64,000 bases of DNA, from NCBI GenBank assembly GCA_050331735.1, contig JBHJGN010000023.1, positions 32,001 to 96,000 on the forward strand. The letters run 5' to 3'. How positions within the stretch are numbered: position 1 is the stretch's first letter; each line of letters begins with the position of its first letter. Positions 52,440 through 62,619 of this stretch are shown piece after piece. Under the pieces are notes generated by a model. It was given only the letters and a program-made list of their open reading frames with translations, was not told the origin of the DNA and ran no database searches. The translations under genes were made by a program, and so were the position numbers. The stretch is from Cyanophyceae cyanobacterium (GTDB taxonomy: Bacteria; Cyanobacteriota; Cyanobacteriia; Cyanobacteriales; JBHJGN01).

Positions 52440-53435
52440 ATGCCCACACAGAATCAAGTCGTTCTTATTGCAGTAGCCGGAGATTCCGGATGCGGTAAAT
52501 CTACATTTCTAAGACGGTTAGAAGATTTATTTGGGGAAGAGTTTATGACGGTTATCTGTTTGGATGACTATCATAGCCTGGACCGCAAAGGGAGAAAAAA
52601 GGCAGGCGTAACGGCTTTGAACCCCAAGGCCAATAACTTTGACCTCATGTACGAGCAGATCAAAGCTCTGAAGAGTGGACAAGCCATTGATAAGCCAATC
52701 TACAACCATGAAACGGGAGAAATCGACCCTCCTGAGCGGATCGAGCCGAATAAAGTAGTCGTTATTGAGGGACTGCATCCTCTCTTTGACGAGCGGGTGC
52801 GCGAACTGGTTGACTTTGGCGTGTATCTTGATATTCACGATGAAGTCAAGATCAACTGGAAGATCAAGCGCGATATGGCTGAGCGCGGTCACTCTTACGA
52901 AGACGTGCTGGCCTCGATTCGAGCGAGAAAGCCGGACTTTAGCGCCTACATTGAGCCGCAAAAAGAGTACGCTGATGTCGTCATTCAGATCATGCCCACT
53001 CAGCTCATTGACGACAAAGAAAGCAAGCTGTTGCGAGTCCGCCTGGTTCAGAAAGAAGGCATTAAGTATTTTGAGCCAGCCTATCTCTTCGACGAAGGCT
53101 CGACCATTGACTGGAGACCCTGCGGACGAAAGCTGACCTGTGCTTATCCCGGTATTAAAATGTTCTACGGTCCAGATTCCTATTACGGTCACGAGGTCTC
53201 TGTGCTGGAGGTTGACGGTCAGTTCGACAACCTCGAGGAGATGATCTACATTGAAAGCCACCTCAGCAAGACCGGAACTAAGTACTATGGGGAGATGACG
53301 GAACTGTTGCTGAAGCATCGCAATGCTCCAGGCTCCAACAATGGCTCTGGATTATTTCAGGTATTGGTTGGCCTAAAAATGCGGCAAACCTACGAGCAGC
53401 TTACTGCCCAAGAAAAAGTCGCGGCTGAAGTGTAA
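52440..53435 (+). CDS. prk: Phosphoribulokinase
   Basis: AGDSGCGKSTF, ICLDDYHSLDR, RDMAERGH, RPCGRKLTC. Confidence 0.97.
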   Translation: MPTQNQVVLIAVAGDSGCGKSTFLRRLEDLFGEEFMTVICLDDYHSLDRKGRKKAGVTALNPKANNFDLMYEQIKALKSGQAIDKPIYNHETGEIDPPERIEPNKVVVIEGLHPLFDERVRELVDFGVYLDIHDEVKINWKIKRDMAERGHSYEDVLASIRARKPDFSAYIEPQKEYADVVIQIMPTQLIDDKESKLLRVRLVQKEGIKYFEPAYLFDEGSTIDWRPCGRKLTCAYPGIKMFYGPDSYYGHEVSVLEVDGQFDNLEEMIYIESHLSKTGTKYYGEMTELLLKHRNAPGSNNGSGLFQVLVGLKMRQTYEQLTAQEKVAAEV

Positions 53436-53461
53436 TTTGGCCAGCAATCAAATGCAGTGAA

Positions 53462-53500
53462 CTCGCGGGTAATCAGTAGCGATGCCTGCGAGCTTTTTTT
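53462..53500 (+). terminator. Intrinsic terminator of prk
   Basis: CTCGCGGGT...GCCTGCGAG stem then T7. Confidence 0.65.
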
Positions 53501-53610
53501 GGCGGCGATCGCTAAAATAGGCAATTGATACCCATTCAAAAGAAAGTCCGATGGGAACCTGGTTTGAGGAGTGGTATCTTCTAAGTGACGACTTTCCTAA
53601 AGGAGTGGCG

Positions 53611-53883
53611 ATGAAAGTTTGGATGGCCTGCTTTGCAATTTTGTTTGTGTTGGCAGAGCTGGGTTTGTGGATTCGAGAGTTTCTCTTGCCTGTGCCGGTT
53701 TATGTATTAGGTGGGGCCTTTTTAGCGATCGCTTCTAACTACGAGCATCGGTTCAAATCGGGCCCAGCGCTCGTCCCCACCGCTTGGCTCAGCGGTTGGC
53801 GATCGCTTCAAACCCATCAACCAGAAATGCCGACGGCTTCTGTCGGTAGGCTCAAAGCAGAATCAGCCGTCAAACCGCAGTAG
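53611..53883 (+). CDS. Small membrane hypothetical protein
   Basis: MKVWMACFAILF..LPVPVYVLGGAFLAIASN; AAGGAG RBS. Confidence 0.7.
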   Translation: MKVWMACFAILFVLAELGLWIREFLLPVPVYVLGGAFLAIASNYEHRFKSGPALVPTAWLSGWRSLQTHQPEMPTASVGRLKAESAVKPQ

Positions 53884-53928
53884 CTCATAGCTGGAGCGAG
53901 GACTCTAGCAGCTAACAGCTATGAGCTA
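53881..53928. terminator. Hairpin between convergent genes
   Basis: Perfect 13-bp IR TAGCTCATAGCTG/CAGCTATGAGCTA. Confidence 0.55.
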
Positions 53929-53936
53929 TTGACCCG

Positions 53937-54497
53937 TCAGAGATTCCGCTTCATCTGCTCGAGTTCCTCATCTAATTCCCAGCGCTGAAACTCAGCCTCA
54001 AGGGGATCAGCGGCTCTACTGTAGGCGCTGCTAGGGCTTCGATTCCAGCCAGCCGTATCCCAGCTCGAAGGAGGTGACTGCGCTCTAGCTCGCTCGGCTT
54101 CCGCCTGAACCTCTTTCCGGCGCTGCTGAATTTGAGTTAACAGCTCCTGACTCTGAACGAGCCGTTTTTCTACTCCCGCTCTTTGTCCCCAGAGCTGGTT
54201 GCCCTGGCGCAGCAGAGCGGCTTCGCGTTCTTGGGCCGCTTCGACTAAATCGAGGCGGTTGGCCGCTTTGGCTTTCGCAATTCTGGCATGCCACCGCTGG
54301 ATATCTTGGGCAACGGCAAGGATTTCGGTTTCTAGCTGCTGCTCCTGACGCTGGAGAGCCGTAATCAGTTTAGCCGTGTCCTGTTCCTGCTCTCGAAGCT
54401 GTTCCTCCAAAGCCTGAAGCTCTAGATGAGGATGACTCCGCAAAAATTCTTCGAGCCGAGTTTCTAAAAACTGACTGAGGTCGTCAAAAAGACTCAT
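53937..54497 (-). CDS. TIGR04376 family coiled-coil protein (PspA-like)
   Basis: MSLFDDLSQFLETRLEEFL..PHLELQAL; DPLEAEFQRWELDEEL. Confidence 0.85.
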   Translation of the reverse strand: MSLFDDLSQFLETRLEEFLRSHPHLELQALEEQLREQEQDTAKLITALQRQEQQLETEILAVAQDIQRWHARIAKAKAANRLDLVEAAQEREAALLRQGNQLWGQRAGVEKRLVQSQELLTQIQQRRKEVQAEAERARAQSPPSSWDTAGWNRSPSSAYSRAADPLEAEFQRWELDEELEQMKRNL

Positions 54498-54570
54498 TGT
54501 TGTACAACAGCAAGCTGGAATTCCGGAAGCCAACGGTCAGAAACCTTCGACTCCTCCACCTCAGCTTAGC

Positions 54571-55332
54571 TTAAAACGACTGTCCGACGTATACGAGACG
54601 CTTTTCGTTTTGACGGCGAATTTCTGCTGAGCGCTGCGTAACGGTGGTGAGGGTCCAGCCGCTGCTGCCGACGGTTTCGCCGACGGCAATTTGTTGCGTA
54701 ACGCTGCCGAAGTTGACCAGAGCTACCGAGCGATCGCCGAGCTCCAGAATCCCGATTAAACGGTGCTCGTGAGGCACTGATATTGCTTCCTCTAGCTCGG
54801 GCAGAGACTGAATCGCTGCCATTAAGGTCGGTGGTGTTGCTTCTGCTGACGGCGTCTGCCCTTGAGCGGTTTCAGGCGCGGATTGAGGAGGGGGAGCAGC
54901 GGCGCTAGATTCTAGGAGCGGTTCGAGCCGAGGGGGTAAGGCTAGCTTGGGGAGGGGTTTAACCGGAGCGACCGGCAAATAGGCCCGCTTAGGAGTGGCA
55001 ATCTTGGCATTCGGAGGAGCTGGACGAAGAGACTCTGGAGACGCTGGCTCAATGGCACGAATGAGCGTTGGGGAATAACTGCGGCGTGCTGGTGCTACTG
55101 GAGACTCAACAGCCCCCTGGGAGGCTAGCCATCCAACAACGCCAAGGGTGTAGAAACAGGCGCTAACAAAGAGCGCTCGTTCCAAACGATACCAGTGGCG
55201 ACGGTCAATCAAGTTTTTGGGGGACGGGCACTGGGGAAAGGGCAAGGGGAAAAGAGAGAGGGGGAGTAATTGGCCTTGGTTTCTTTCCTTTGCGTCGGCG
55301 GTGCTTTTGTCTGGCCAACAGCGAAACGGCAT
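54571..55332 (-). CDS. Membrane-anchored Pro-rich protein with GspC/PilP-like C-terminal domain
   Basis: One TM, Pro-rich linker, LIGILELGDRSVAL...VGETVGSSGWTL...YVGQSF. Confidence 0.65.
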   Translation of the reverse strand: MPFRCWPDKSTADAKERNQGQLLPLSLFPLPFPQCPSPKNLIDRRHWYRLERALFVSACFYTLGVVGWLASQGAVESPVAPARRSYSPTLIRAIEPASPESLRPAPPNAKIATPKRAYLPVAPVKPLPKLALPPRLEPLLESSAAAPPPQSAPETAQGQTPSAEATPPTLMAAIQSLPELEEAISVPHEHRLIGILELGDRSVALVNFGSVTQQIAVGETVGSSGWTLTTVTQRSAEIRRQNEKRLVYVGQSF

Positions 55333-55471
55333 AGCTTAGATCCCTTTTACGAAGACGCTTCAACAGTACGCTCTTCAAACCATCTTCTACTAGCGTATTT
55401 TCCCAGAAGATTAGCGACTGCTTCAGCAACTCCTCTGCATAATTCCGTGAATCTACTGAACGTGAGCACCA

Positions 55472-57385
55472 TCACTTGGAAATTTGAGAGCTGACCGGGC
55501 CAACTGCCAGCGAGCGTTGAGGCTGATACTCGGGAACCAGCACTTTAATTTGCTCAATGATCCCAGAGCGATCGTCGAGGCTAACCTTGGCGAATAGAGA
55601 ATCAAGATGGGGCTGCAAGGCTTCCCAGCTTAGCTTCCGCTCGTAGGCGGAGAAGATTTTAGGATGCCTGGTGGGACGAATATTGTGTCCGTCAATGAGC
55701 AGCTCTTCATACAGTTTTTCTCCCGGTCTCAGTCCGGTAATTTTGATTTCGATATCCTGATTGGGAACAAGTCCGCTCAGACGAATCATCTGGACGGCGA
55801 GATCGTAAATTTTGATGGGTTCTCCCATATCCAGCAGAAACACCTCTCCTCCTGTAGCCATCGCCCCAGCCTGCATCACTAAACGCACCGCTTCCGGGAT
55901 GGACATAAAGTAACGAGTGACTTCAGGATGAGTGACCGTAATCGGCTTTCCTTGAGCAATTTGGCGGCGGAAGCGGGGGACAACCGAGCCGCTGCTGTCT
56001 AACACATTCCCAAATCTGACAATCGCAAAGCAGGTAGAGCTGATTGGGTCTGCTAACCCCTGAACAACAAGCTCGGCAATTCGCTTACTCGCGCCCATAA
56101 TATTAGTAGGACGAACGGCTTTATCGGTAGAAATGAGGACAAAGCTGCCAACGCGACACCTTAAGGCGCAGCGTGCCGCCGAGAGCGTCCCAAATACATT
56201 GTTGTAAATTCCCTGAGCCGGATTCGCTTCGACAATGGGAACGTGTTTATACGCTGCCGTATGATAAATCGTATCTACCTGATGCCGCTTGAGAACGTTG
56301 GTAAAATAAATCTCGTCGGTGACGCTTCCTAAGTAGGCAATCCGTTGCAGATGAGGATAAGTTTCGGCTAATTCAATGTCGATGCTGTAGAGAGAAAATT
56401 CGCTGACCTCGTACAAGATTAAACATTTTGGCTCTAGCCGAGCAATTTGGCGGCAGAGTTCAGAACCAATGGAGCCCCCGGCTCCCGTTACCAGAACCAC
56501 CTTACCGGTGACGTTTAAACGCAGTAATTCTGGGTTAGGCATCACTTCTTCTCTGCCCAGCAATTCGGCAACGTCAATCGGGCGAATTTCGCTAATAGAA
56601 ACTTTATTAGACAACAGTTCTCCCAGGGTCGGAATGGTTTTGACAATCACTGGCAATTTTTGCAGGCGATCGATGATTTGTCGTCTTCTCGTTTTTGAGA
56701 TCGAAGGCATGGCCAGAATAATGGTATCAAATGGCTTCTTCGCCAACAGCTTAAACAAATCTGCTGGCGAATAAACCTTAATGCCTTGAATAATTTGGTA
56801 CTGAATATCTGGATTATCATCGACGAAAGCCACCAGACGACAGCCCGGTTCACTCGCCACCGTTCGGGCCAGTTGCGTTCCGGCTACTCCCGCTCCGTAA
56901 ATCACAAATGTTTTGAGAGCTTTGTTTCGGTGGGTCACGCTTAACTGAAGGCGGCGAAACAACCCAAAAATAGCCAGACGAATGCCAACTACCAAGACTA
57001 AGGTCAAGAGCGCGTCAATAATGAGCACTGAGCGGGGCAAGGGCCAAGACCCCTGGAGGTAAGCTAAAATTACCTGAGTTCCAGAGCTATACAGAACGGC
57101 TTGAATAGCCGTAGACAGGAATTCCAGCCCGGTGTAGCGCAGCACCGAGCTGTACATGCCTTTGAAGCGAAAGATGAATATTTTGAGCAGAATCAGTAAC
57201 ACGATTTGCCAAGAAAATTCTTGGATCGCTGTAATTGGCAGCAGTAAGCTAAAGCGCAGAGAAAAAGCTCCTAAAACAGCGAGTAGAAAAGAGACTGTAT
57301 CGAGGCTAATAAGTAACCAACGTTTATAAGGTCTGGTCAACGATGTGTATACATCGTGTAGCCAAAAGATCAGGTGCTCTTTCAT
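55472..57385 (-). CDS. Membrane-bound NDP-sugar 4,6-dehydratase (CapD/PglF/WbpM type)
   Basis: N-terminal TMs, GAGGSIGSEL, AAYKHVP, STDKAVRPTNIMGASKR, GLRPGEKLYEEL. Confidence 0.92.
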   Translation of the reverse strand: MKEHLIFWLHDVYTSLTRPYKRWLLISLDTVSFLLAVLGAFSLRFSLLLPITAIQEFSWQIVLLILLKIFIFRFKGMYSSVLRYTGLEFLSTAIQAVLYSSGTQVILAYLQGSWPLPRSVLIIDALLTLVLVVGIRLAIFGLFRRLQLSVTHRNKALKTFVIYGAGVAGTQLARTVASEPGCRLVAFVDDNPDIQYQIIQGIKVYSPADLFKLLAKKPFDTIILAMPSISKTRRRQIIDRLQKLPVIVKTIPTLGELLSNKVSISEIRPIDVAELLGREEVMPNPELLRLNVTGKVVLVTGAGGSIGSELCRQIARLEPKCLILYEVSEFSLYSIDIELAETYPHLQRIAYLGSVTDEIYFTNVLKRHQVDTIYHTAAYKHVPIVEANPAQGIYNNVFGTLSAARCALRCRVGSFVLISTDKAVRPTNIMGASKRIAELVVQGLADPISSTCFAIVRFGNVLDSSGSVVPRFRRQIAQGKPITVTHPEVTRYFMSIPEAVRLVMQAGAMATGGEVFLLDMGEPIKIYDLAVQMIRLSGLVPNQDIEIKITGLRPGEKLYEELLIDGHNIRPTRHPKIFSAYERKLSWEALQPHLDSLFAKVSLDDRSGIIEQIKVLVPEYQPQRSLAVGPVSSQISK

Positions 57386-57591
57386 ATATTTTTCAAACTC
57401 CTCACCAAAGCTCCTCACCCAAGATGGAGCAAACACCAAGCCGATAAATGGCATTAAAGCACGATTAAAAAGCGAAAAAGGGATCGGACCTCAATTTCTC
57501 TTAAATGACGAATGCCTGTCAAGTATTTATTGTGCTGGCAGGCTAGTTAGTCGAGTTCAACCCAAAGCTAGACTTGAGCGGGGGGCTGAAC

Positions 57592-58560
57592 TCAAACATC
57601 TGCCGACGCTTGGGAAAACTGATGGACCAACAGCTCTCCGCCGATGAGCGCCCCGATGATGCCGACGCTGCTGAGCACGGCTCCCCAGGCTCCTAAGGAC
57701 AAGCTGACGGCAACAAGAACAGTAATACCGATGTAGGTACTGGCGACCTGGCCGTGAGACCACCCCGACTGTTGTAATCTCTGATACAGATGGGTGCGGT
57801 GAGCGCGAAAGATATTTTCCCGCTGCCACAAACGCCGACCCAGGGTGTAGACTGCATCGGCCATCAAGGGGAAGGTGACGACGAGAGCAGACCAAGCCTG
57901 TACTGAGGGGCGATCGCTGTTGAGTAAAGCCGCTGCCACTGTTGCTCCTAAAACCGTGCTGCCAGCGTCGCCCATAAAAATTTGGGCAGGAGACCAGTTC
58001 CAGCGCAGAAAGCCCAGCAGAGCGGCGACTAACAGCCACAGAAACGGCTGATTGAGCGTAAAGGCCAAAAAGCCGAGCTGAACCGCTGTGGTTCCAGCCA
58101 CCAGACCATCTAATCCATCCATAAAGTTATAAAAGTTAATCAAGGCCGTAAAGCCAATGAGGGTAAGAGCGATCGCCCCTAGCTCAGCGACTCCGGTCGC
58201 CTGGGGAAACAAGGCATCGATACCGAACCCGGCGACCGCGACGGCAGCCGTAGCAAGCTGAACCGCGTAGCGCACCCCCGCAGGCACTCCCTGGCGGTCA
58301 TCGAGAATTCCAACGGCGGTGAGAGGAATCAGCACCAGCCAAAGAGTTACGGGAACGGAAAAGACTGTGACAGCGGCCACGACGCTCGTAAGCGCAAAGG
58401 CGATGATAAAACCAAGACCGCCACCTCTGGGCGTTGGGTGAGCGTGAGAACTACGCTCGTTGGGTATATCCAGGAGCTGTTGGCCCCAGCGCTGTCTAAT
58501 GAGAGCGACAGTCACTAGACTAATGGCAAAGCTGGTTGAGCAGAGAATTAATAGCGGCAT
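57592..58560 (-). CDS. Polyprenyl-phosphate HexNAc-1-P transferase (MraY/WecA/WbpL family)
   Basis: DIPNERSSH..PTPRGGG, NFYNFMDGLDGL, IFMGDAGS, HRTHLYQRL. Confidence 0.92.
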   Translation of the reverse strand: MPLLILCSTSFAISLVTVALIRQRWGQQLLDIPNERSSHAHPTPRGGGLGFIIAFALTSVVAAVTVFSVPVTLWLVLIPLTAVGILDDRQGVPAGVRYAVQLATAAVAVAGFGIDALFPQATGVAELGAIALTLIGFTALINFYNFMDGLDGLVAGTTAVQLGFLAFTLNQPFLWLLVAALLGFLRWNWSPAQIFMGDAGSTVLGATVAAALLNSDRPSVQAWSALVVTFPLMADAVYTLGRRLWQRENIFRAHRTHLYQRLQQSGWSHGQVASTYIGITVLVAVSLSLGAWGAVLSSVGIIGALIGGELLVHQFSQASADV

Positions 58561-58607
58561 GAGCGTTATTCTACTGGCAAAAATAATTCAAAGGGAAAGG
58601 TAATAGC

Positions 58608-59501
58608 TCAAATTATGCCTTGAGCGCGCATTAACTCGACTTCTTGCCGAAGCCCCACTTCTAAGCTTCGAGGAGAAAAGTTTAAATCTCGTGTAGCCGC
58701 CTGGTGAGCATAGGCTTTATCTTCCTGAAGCCTGAGAATTTGTTCTCGGCGAACCGGAGAGCGTTCACCAAACACGGTTTCTAGGGCGGTAGCAGACCAA
58801 ATCCCGAGGTTCAGGGGCAAGGAGAGAGCGCGAACGGGTTTCTCTAGGAGCTTGGCAACCAGAGCTAGCAGTTCGCTCAAGGTGACGACGCTGCCGCCAG
58901 ACAGATCGTAGGCTCCGTGAATCTGCGGATGTTGCCACACGGTGAGAAGAGCTTGAGCAATATCGTCGGCGTGAATCGGCTGTAACAGATTACCTCCTGA
59001 CCCGAAGACTGGAAAGAAACCGTAGCGGTGACAAAAGGTAATCAATCTATGGAGATTTTGGTCGCGCGGAGAACCATAAATCATCGTCGGTCGCAGCAGA
59101 CAAACAGCACCAGGATAACGCTCTAGCAACCTTTCCGCTGCTTGATACTCTGCTGAATACTGATTGAATTTTGAGTAAACTCCGGTGGTTCCGATGATAA
59201 TTAACCGAGGAGACTGGCGGGCTGTGGCTAAGCTCTCTAACAGGGTGGGGACTTGCCGCAACTGCACGAGGTGAATAATCGTTTCCCACCGATGCTCCAA
59301 AAGTTTCTTCCAGGTTTGAGCCGTTGCGCTGTCGCCTCTATGGTAGCTGAGGCGTAAATTGAGGGCATCGATGGTGCGGCGATCGCTTTGTGGACGGACG
59401 AGACAACCAATCTCGGTTTGAGGAGCAACCGCCGCCAGTCGCGTGAGAAAGAGCGTTCCGGTTAATCCGGTCGCGCCAGTCAGCAGGGTCTTTGTCGTCA
59501 T
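58608..59501 (-). CDS. NAD-dependent epimerase/dehydratase (SDR)
   Basis: TGATGLTG, LRPTMIYG, QPIHADD. Confidence 0.85.
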   Translation of the reverse strand: MTTKTLLTGATGLTGTLFLTRLAAVAPQTEIGCLVRPQSDRRTIDALNLRLSYHRGDSATAQTWKKLLEHRWETIIHLVQLRQVPTLLESLATARQSPRLIIIGTTGVYSKFNQYSAEYQAAERLLERYPGAVCLLRPTMIYGSPRDQNLHRLITFCHRYGFFPVFGSGGNLLQPIHADDIAQALLTVWQHPQIHGAYDLSGGSVVTLSELLALVAKLLEKPVRALSLPLNLGIWSATALETVFGERSPVRREQILRLQEDKAYAHQAATRDLNFSPRSLEVGLRQEVELMRAQGII

Positions 59502-59634
59502 TGCTGCTAATCGAGAGCCACGTCTCCAATACAACTGACCGATAGCATTTCTGAATGCTCACTTTCGGCTTATCATACTACAGATTCTCGGTTTACTTTC
59601 TGCTCTTGCTATCACCCGCTGTGTCAACGCGCCT

Positions 59635-60249
59635 ATGAAATTAACCAGGGACATCATGGTTCTTCTCGGAATCGTTTTGCTAGCTGTGCTGATGTTGGGG
59701 AGCGGAGTGGCGCTAGTCATAACGGTCACTCGCTACCAGGTGCCAGAACCAGAAGCGGTGTTGGTGCTTGGCGGAACCCCAGAACGAACCAAGTTTGCCG
59801 CGCAGTTTTACCAGTCTCATCCGTCGTTGGAAATCTGGATTTCCGACTACCAGCACTACGAGATCAATCAGCAAATCGTTCGAGACTACGGCATCCCGGC
59901 TCAGCAGGTTCACTACGATCTTGGTGCAACGGATACAATTACGAACTTTACCTGCACCCTAGAGGAATTTAAACAGCATAACCTGCGGCATCTCTACTTG
60001 ATTACTGCTGATTTTCATATGGCGCGATCGCTCGCCATTGCTACGCTCATTTTTGGGAGCCAAGGAATCATTGTCACCCCTGTTCCCATCAGCACCCCTG
60101 AACCGAGAGAAAGCTGGTGGCTTATCCTCCGAGATGTCCTTCGTGCTCTGGTTTGGCTGGTGACAGGATGGAGTGGAGCTAGCTTGAATCCGAACCTGTC
60201 GCTCATTTTGACTCAGAGGCAAAATGTGCTATCAATTCTTAATATTTAA
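59635..60249 (+). CDS. YdcF/DUF218 family protein
   Basis: N-terminal TM, VLVLGG, ATDTITNF, LITADFHMARS. Confidence 0.88.
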   Translation: MKLTRDIMVLLGIVLLAVLMLGSGVALVITVTRYQVPEPEAVLVLGGTPERTKFAAQFYQSHPSLEIWISDYQHYEINQQIVRDYGIPAQQVHYDLGATDTITNFTCTLEEFKQHNLRHLYLITADFHMARSLAIATLIFGSQGIIVTPVPISTPEPRESWWLILRDVLRALVWLVTGWSGASLNPNLSLILTQRQNVLSILNI

Positions 60250-60264
60250 ACCAACTGAGCACTA

Positions 60265-61374
60265 ATGACCACAGAGCGCTGCATTGCCCTAACCAGCTCC
60301 TCGGGCAACCCAAAAGATCCCACAAATTGGTCGGGAACTCCGAGCAATATTGCTCAGGCTTTAGAAAAGTTAGGAGTCACCGTGTTCGGAATTGATGCTA
60401 GCCTTACTAAATCTCAGAAGCTGGCCTATTGGGCCTATCATCGAGGATTGGGCTTGGGGACCGATTATGCCCGAGGTCGGCTCGCCCGCACCGCCAGCGC
60501 CAACATTATTCAGCGTCAAAATCGCACCCTCGGCGCTCAAAAAGTTCTGCACGTGGGCACGATGGATTTGCCAATGTCAGCTCCCAATCCGGCTGTTGAA
60601 CATTATTTATTCTGTGATTCAACCTGGCATTTGTGGTCCCAGTATGCGACAAACATGGACCAGTACCCGCCAAAAATGCTGCGAGTCGCCGAACAGCTAG
60701 AGCGAGAAGCCTACGCTCAAGTGAAGCATTTTTTCCCCATCTCTGAATACGTCCGCGACAATCTTATGACTCACTATCAGATCGAGCCGCAGCGCATTAC
60801 CGTTGTGGGCACTGGCCGAGGTAAGATTGAGCCGTTTACAGGCGATAAAGATTACCAGAACGGCCCCATCCTGTTTGTTGCTAAAACTCGCTATGAAGAT
60901 AAGGGCGGTCCTTTACTGGTAGAAGGATTTAAGCAGGCACAGCAGCAACATCAGGCTCTTAAACTTGTCATTGTTGGGCAAGAACCCTATCGAGAACGCC
61001 TCAATGTGCCTAACGTAACGGTCACTGGCTTTATTCCGTGGAAAGAACTGCAACACCTGTTTAATAGGGCGGCTCTATTCGCTATGCCGTCCCCTAACGA
61101 ACCCTGGGGTTTAGTTTACCTGGAAGCTCTGGCCTGTAAAACTCCTTTACTCGGACTCAATCGAAACTCGCTTCCAGAAATCACCCGTCACGGTCAGTAT
61201 GGTTTTTTGGTGGATGAGCCAACTCCAGAAGCAATTGCTCAAGCAATTTTAGAGGCTTTTTCCGAGCCGCAGCGACTCAAAGCGATGGGAACCGCTGGAC
61301 AGCAGTTCTGCTTAGAGACATTTTCCTGGAAACAGGTTGCTCAGAAGATTGCCGGAGTAATGTTTAGCGATTAG
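60265..61374 (+). CDS. GT4 glycosyltransferase
   Basis: WSGTP, KGG, EPWGLVYLEALA. Confidence 0.88.
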   Translation: MTTERCIALTSSSGNPKDPTNWSGTPSNIAQALEKLGVTVFGIDASLTKSQKLAYWAYHRGLGLGTDYARGRLARTASANIIQRQNRTLGAQKVLHVGTMDLPMSAPNPAVEHYLFCDSTWHLWSQYATNMDQYPPKMLRVAEQLEREAYAQVKHFFPISEYVRDNLMTHYQIEPQRITVVGTGRGKIEPFTGDKDYQNGPILFVAKTRYEDKGGPLLVEGFKQAQQQHQALKLVIVGQEPYRERLNVPNVTVTGFIPWKELQHLFNRAALFAMPSPNEPWGLVYLEALACKTPLLGLNRNSLPEITRHGQYGFLVDEPTPEAIAQAILEAFSEPQRLKAMGTAGQQFCLETFSWKQVAQKIAGVMFSD

Positions 61375-61388
61375 GCAAGGGAAACGCT

Positions 61389-62438
61389 ATGAATAATGAA
61401 CCATCAGCGATAACAGCTATGGCAGATCGAGCAATTGTGATTACGACGATTAATTACCCAACTGTAGGAGTCAAAAAGCTTGCCCAAAAAGCGCCCGCCT
61501 GGAACACGATTGTGGTTGGCGATCGCAAAACTCCTAGCAACTGGCACTGGGAAAACGTCCAGTTTCTCTCGGTTCAAGACCAGCTAGCGTTGGAGAGTGT
61601 CTATGCTCAACAATGCCCGTTAAATCACTACGCTCGCAAAAACATTGGCTACTTAAAGGCGATGCAAGACGGAGCCAAGATAATCTTTGAAACAGACGAC
61701 GACAATATTCCCTACGATAACTGTCTCGCATCGGTCAACAAGCAGGTGGAAGCTCGCCTGGTCCACAAGCCGGGATGGGAGAACGTGTATACCCACTTTA
61801 CCGACGCGAGAATCTGGCCGCGAGGGTTGCCTCTAGAATACATCAACGAAAGTTTACGCCACTCCTCTCCTTTGGGGGAAACAACCACCTGCGACTGCCC
61901 CATCCAGCAGTATTTGGCGGACGGCAATCCGGATGTGGATGCGGTCTATCGGCTGACTACCGAAGGAGATATCAAATTTAGACCGAATGCGATCGCTTTA
62001 GCGAACGGAACCTTTTGTCCCTTCAACTCCCAAAATACTCTCTGGTGGCCGGAAGCGTATCCACTCCTGTACTTGCCCAGCTTCGTCAGCTTTAGAATGA
62101 CGGATATTTGGCGCTCTTTTGTAGCTCAAGTTTGTTTGTACAAGCTGGGCAAGCAGATTGCCTTTCTCGAAGCCACGGTGTTTCAGGATAGAAACGAGCA
62201 TTCACTAATCCGGGATTTCCGCGATGAAGTGCCGGGGTATCTCCATAATGCGAAGATTATGGAACTGCTGACCGAAGTAAATTTATCAGCCGCCGCCGAG
62301 AAAACAGGTGAAAACCTACGCCGATGCTACGAAAAGCTGGTGGAGGCAGAAATTATTCCGCAGCAGGAACTTCAGTTGGTCGATCTTTGGCTGCAAGATT
62401 TAATACCATTGACTGAAAGTAGTCAGATAGTTCCTTAA
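61389..62438 (+). CDS. STELLO/DUF288-family glycosyltransferase-like protein
   Basis: IVITTIN.PT, VVGDRKTP, HYARKNIGYL, ETDDDN, WPRGLP, NPDVDA, PFNSQNT, FRMTDIWRS. Confidence 0.8.
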   Translation: MNNEPSAITAMADRAIVITTINYPTVGVKKLAQKAPAWNTIVVGDRKTPSNWHWENVQFLSVQDQLALESVYAQQCPLNHYARKNIGYLKAMQDGAKIIFETDDDNIPYDNCLASVNKQVEARLVHKPGWENVYTHFTDARIWPRGLPLEYINESLRHSSPLGETTTCDCPIQQYLADGNPDVDAVYRLTTEGDIKFRPNAIALANGTFCPFNSQNTLWWPEAYPLLYLPSFVSFRMTDIWRSFVAQVCLYKLGKQIAFLEATVFQDRNEHSLIRDFRDEVPGYLHNAKIMELLTEVNLSAAAEKTGENLRRCYEKLVEAEIIPQQELQLVDLWLQDLIPLTESSQIVP

Positions 62439-62619
62439 ACTAACCAAGCATTGGAGGTTCAAGGGCAAAGAGCTGCTGTGCTTCCCTTTCCCCTTGACCC
62501 CTTCCCCTTTCCTCCAACTCATCAAGTCTCTTATTACTTTTTCTAATTGGTATAAACGCTTTAGTATCAGACGTGACGTAATTGCCAAAACCCCGCGCTC
62601 CTCTCTGGGAAGTCCTCCG

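Noticed and set aside
52527..53318. 263-aa ORF antisense to prk
   Set aside because: Entirely inside prk on the opposite strand, no motifs; typical shadow of codon bias
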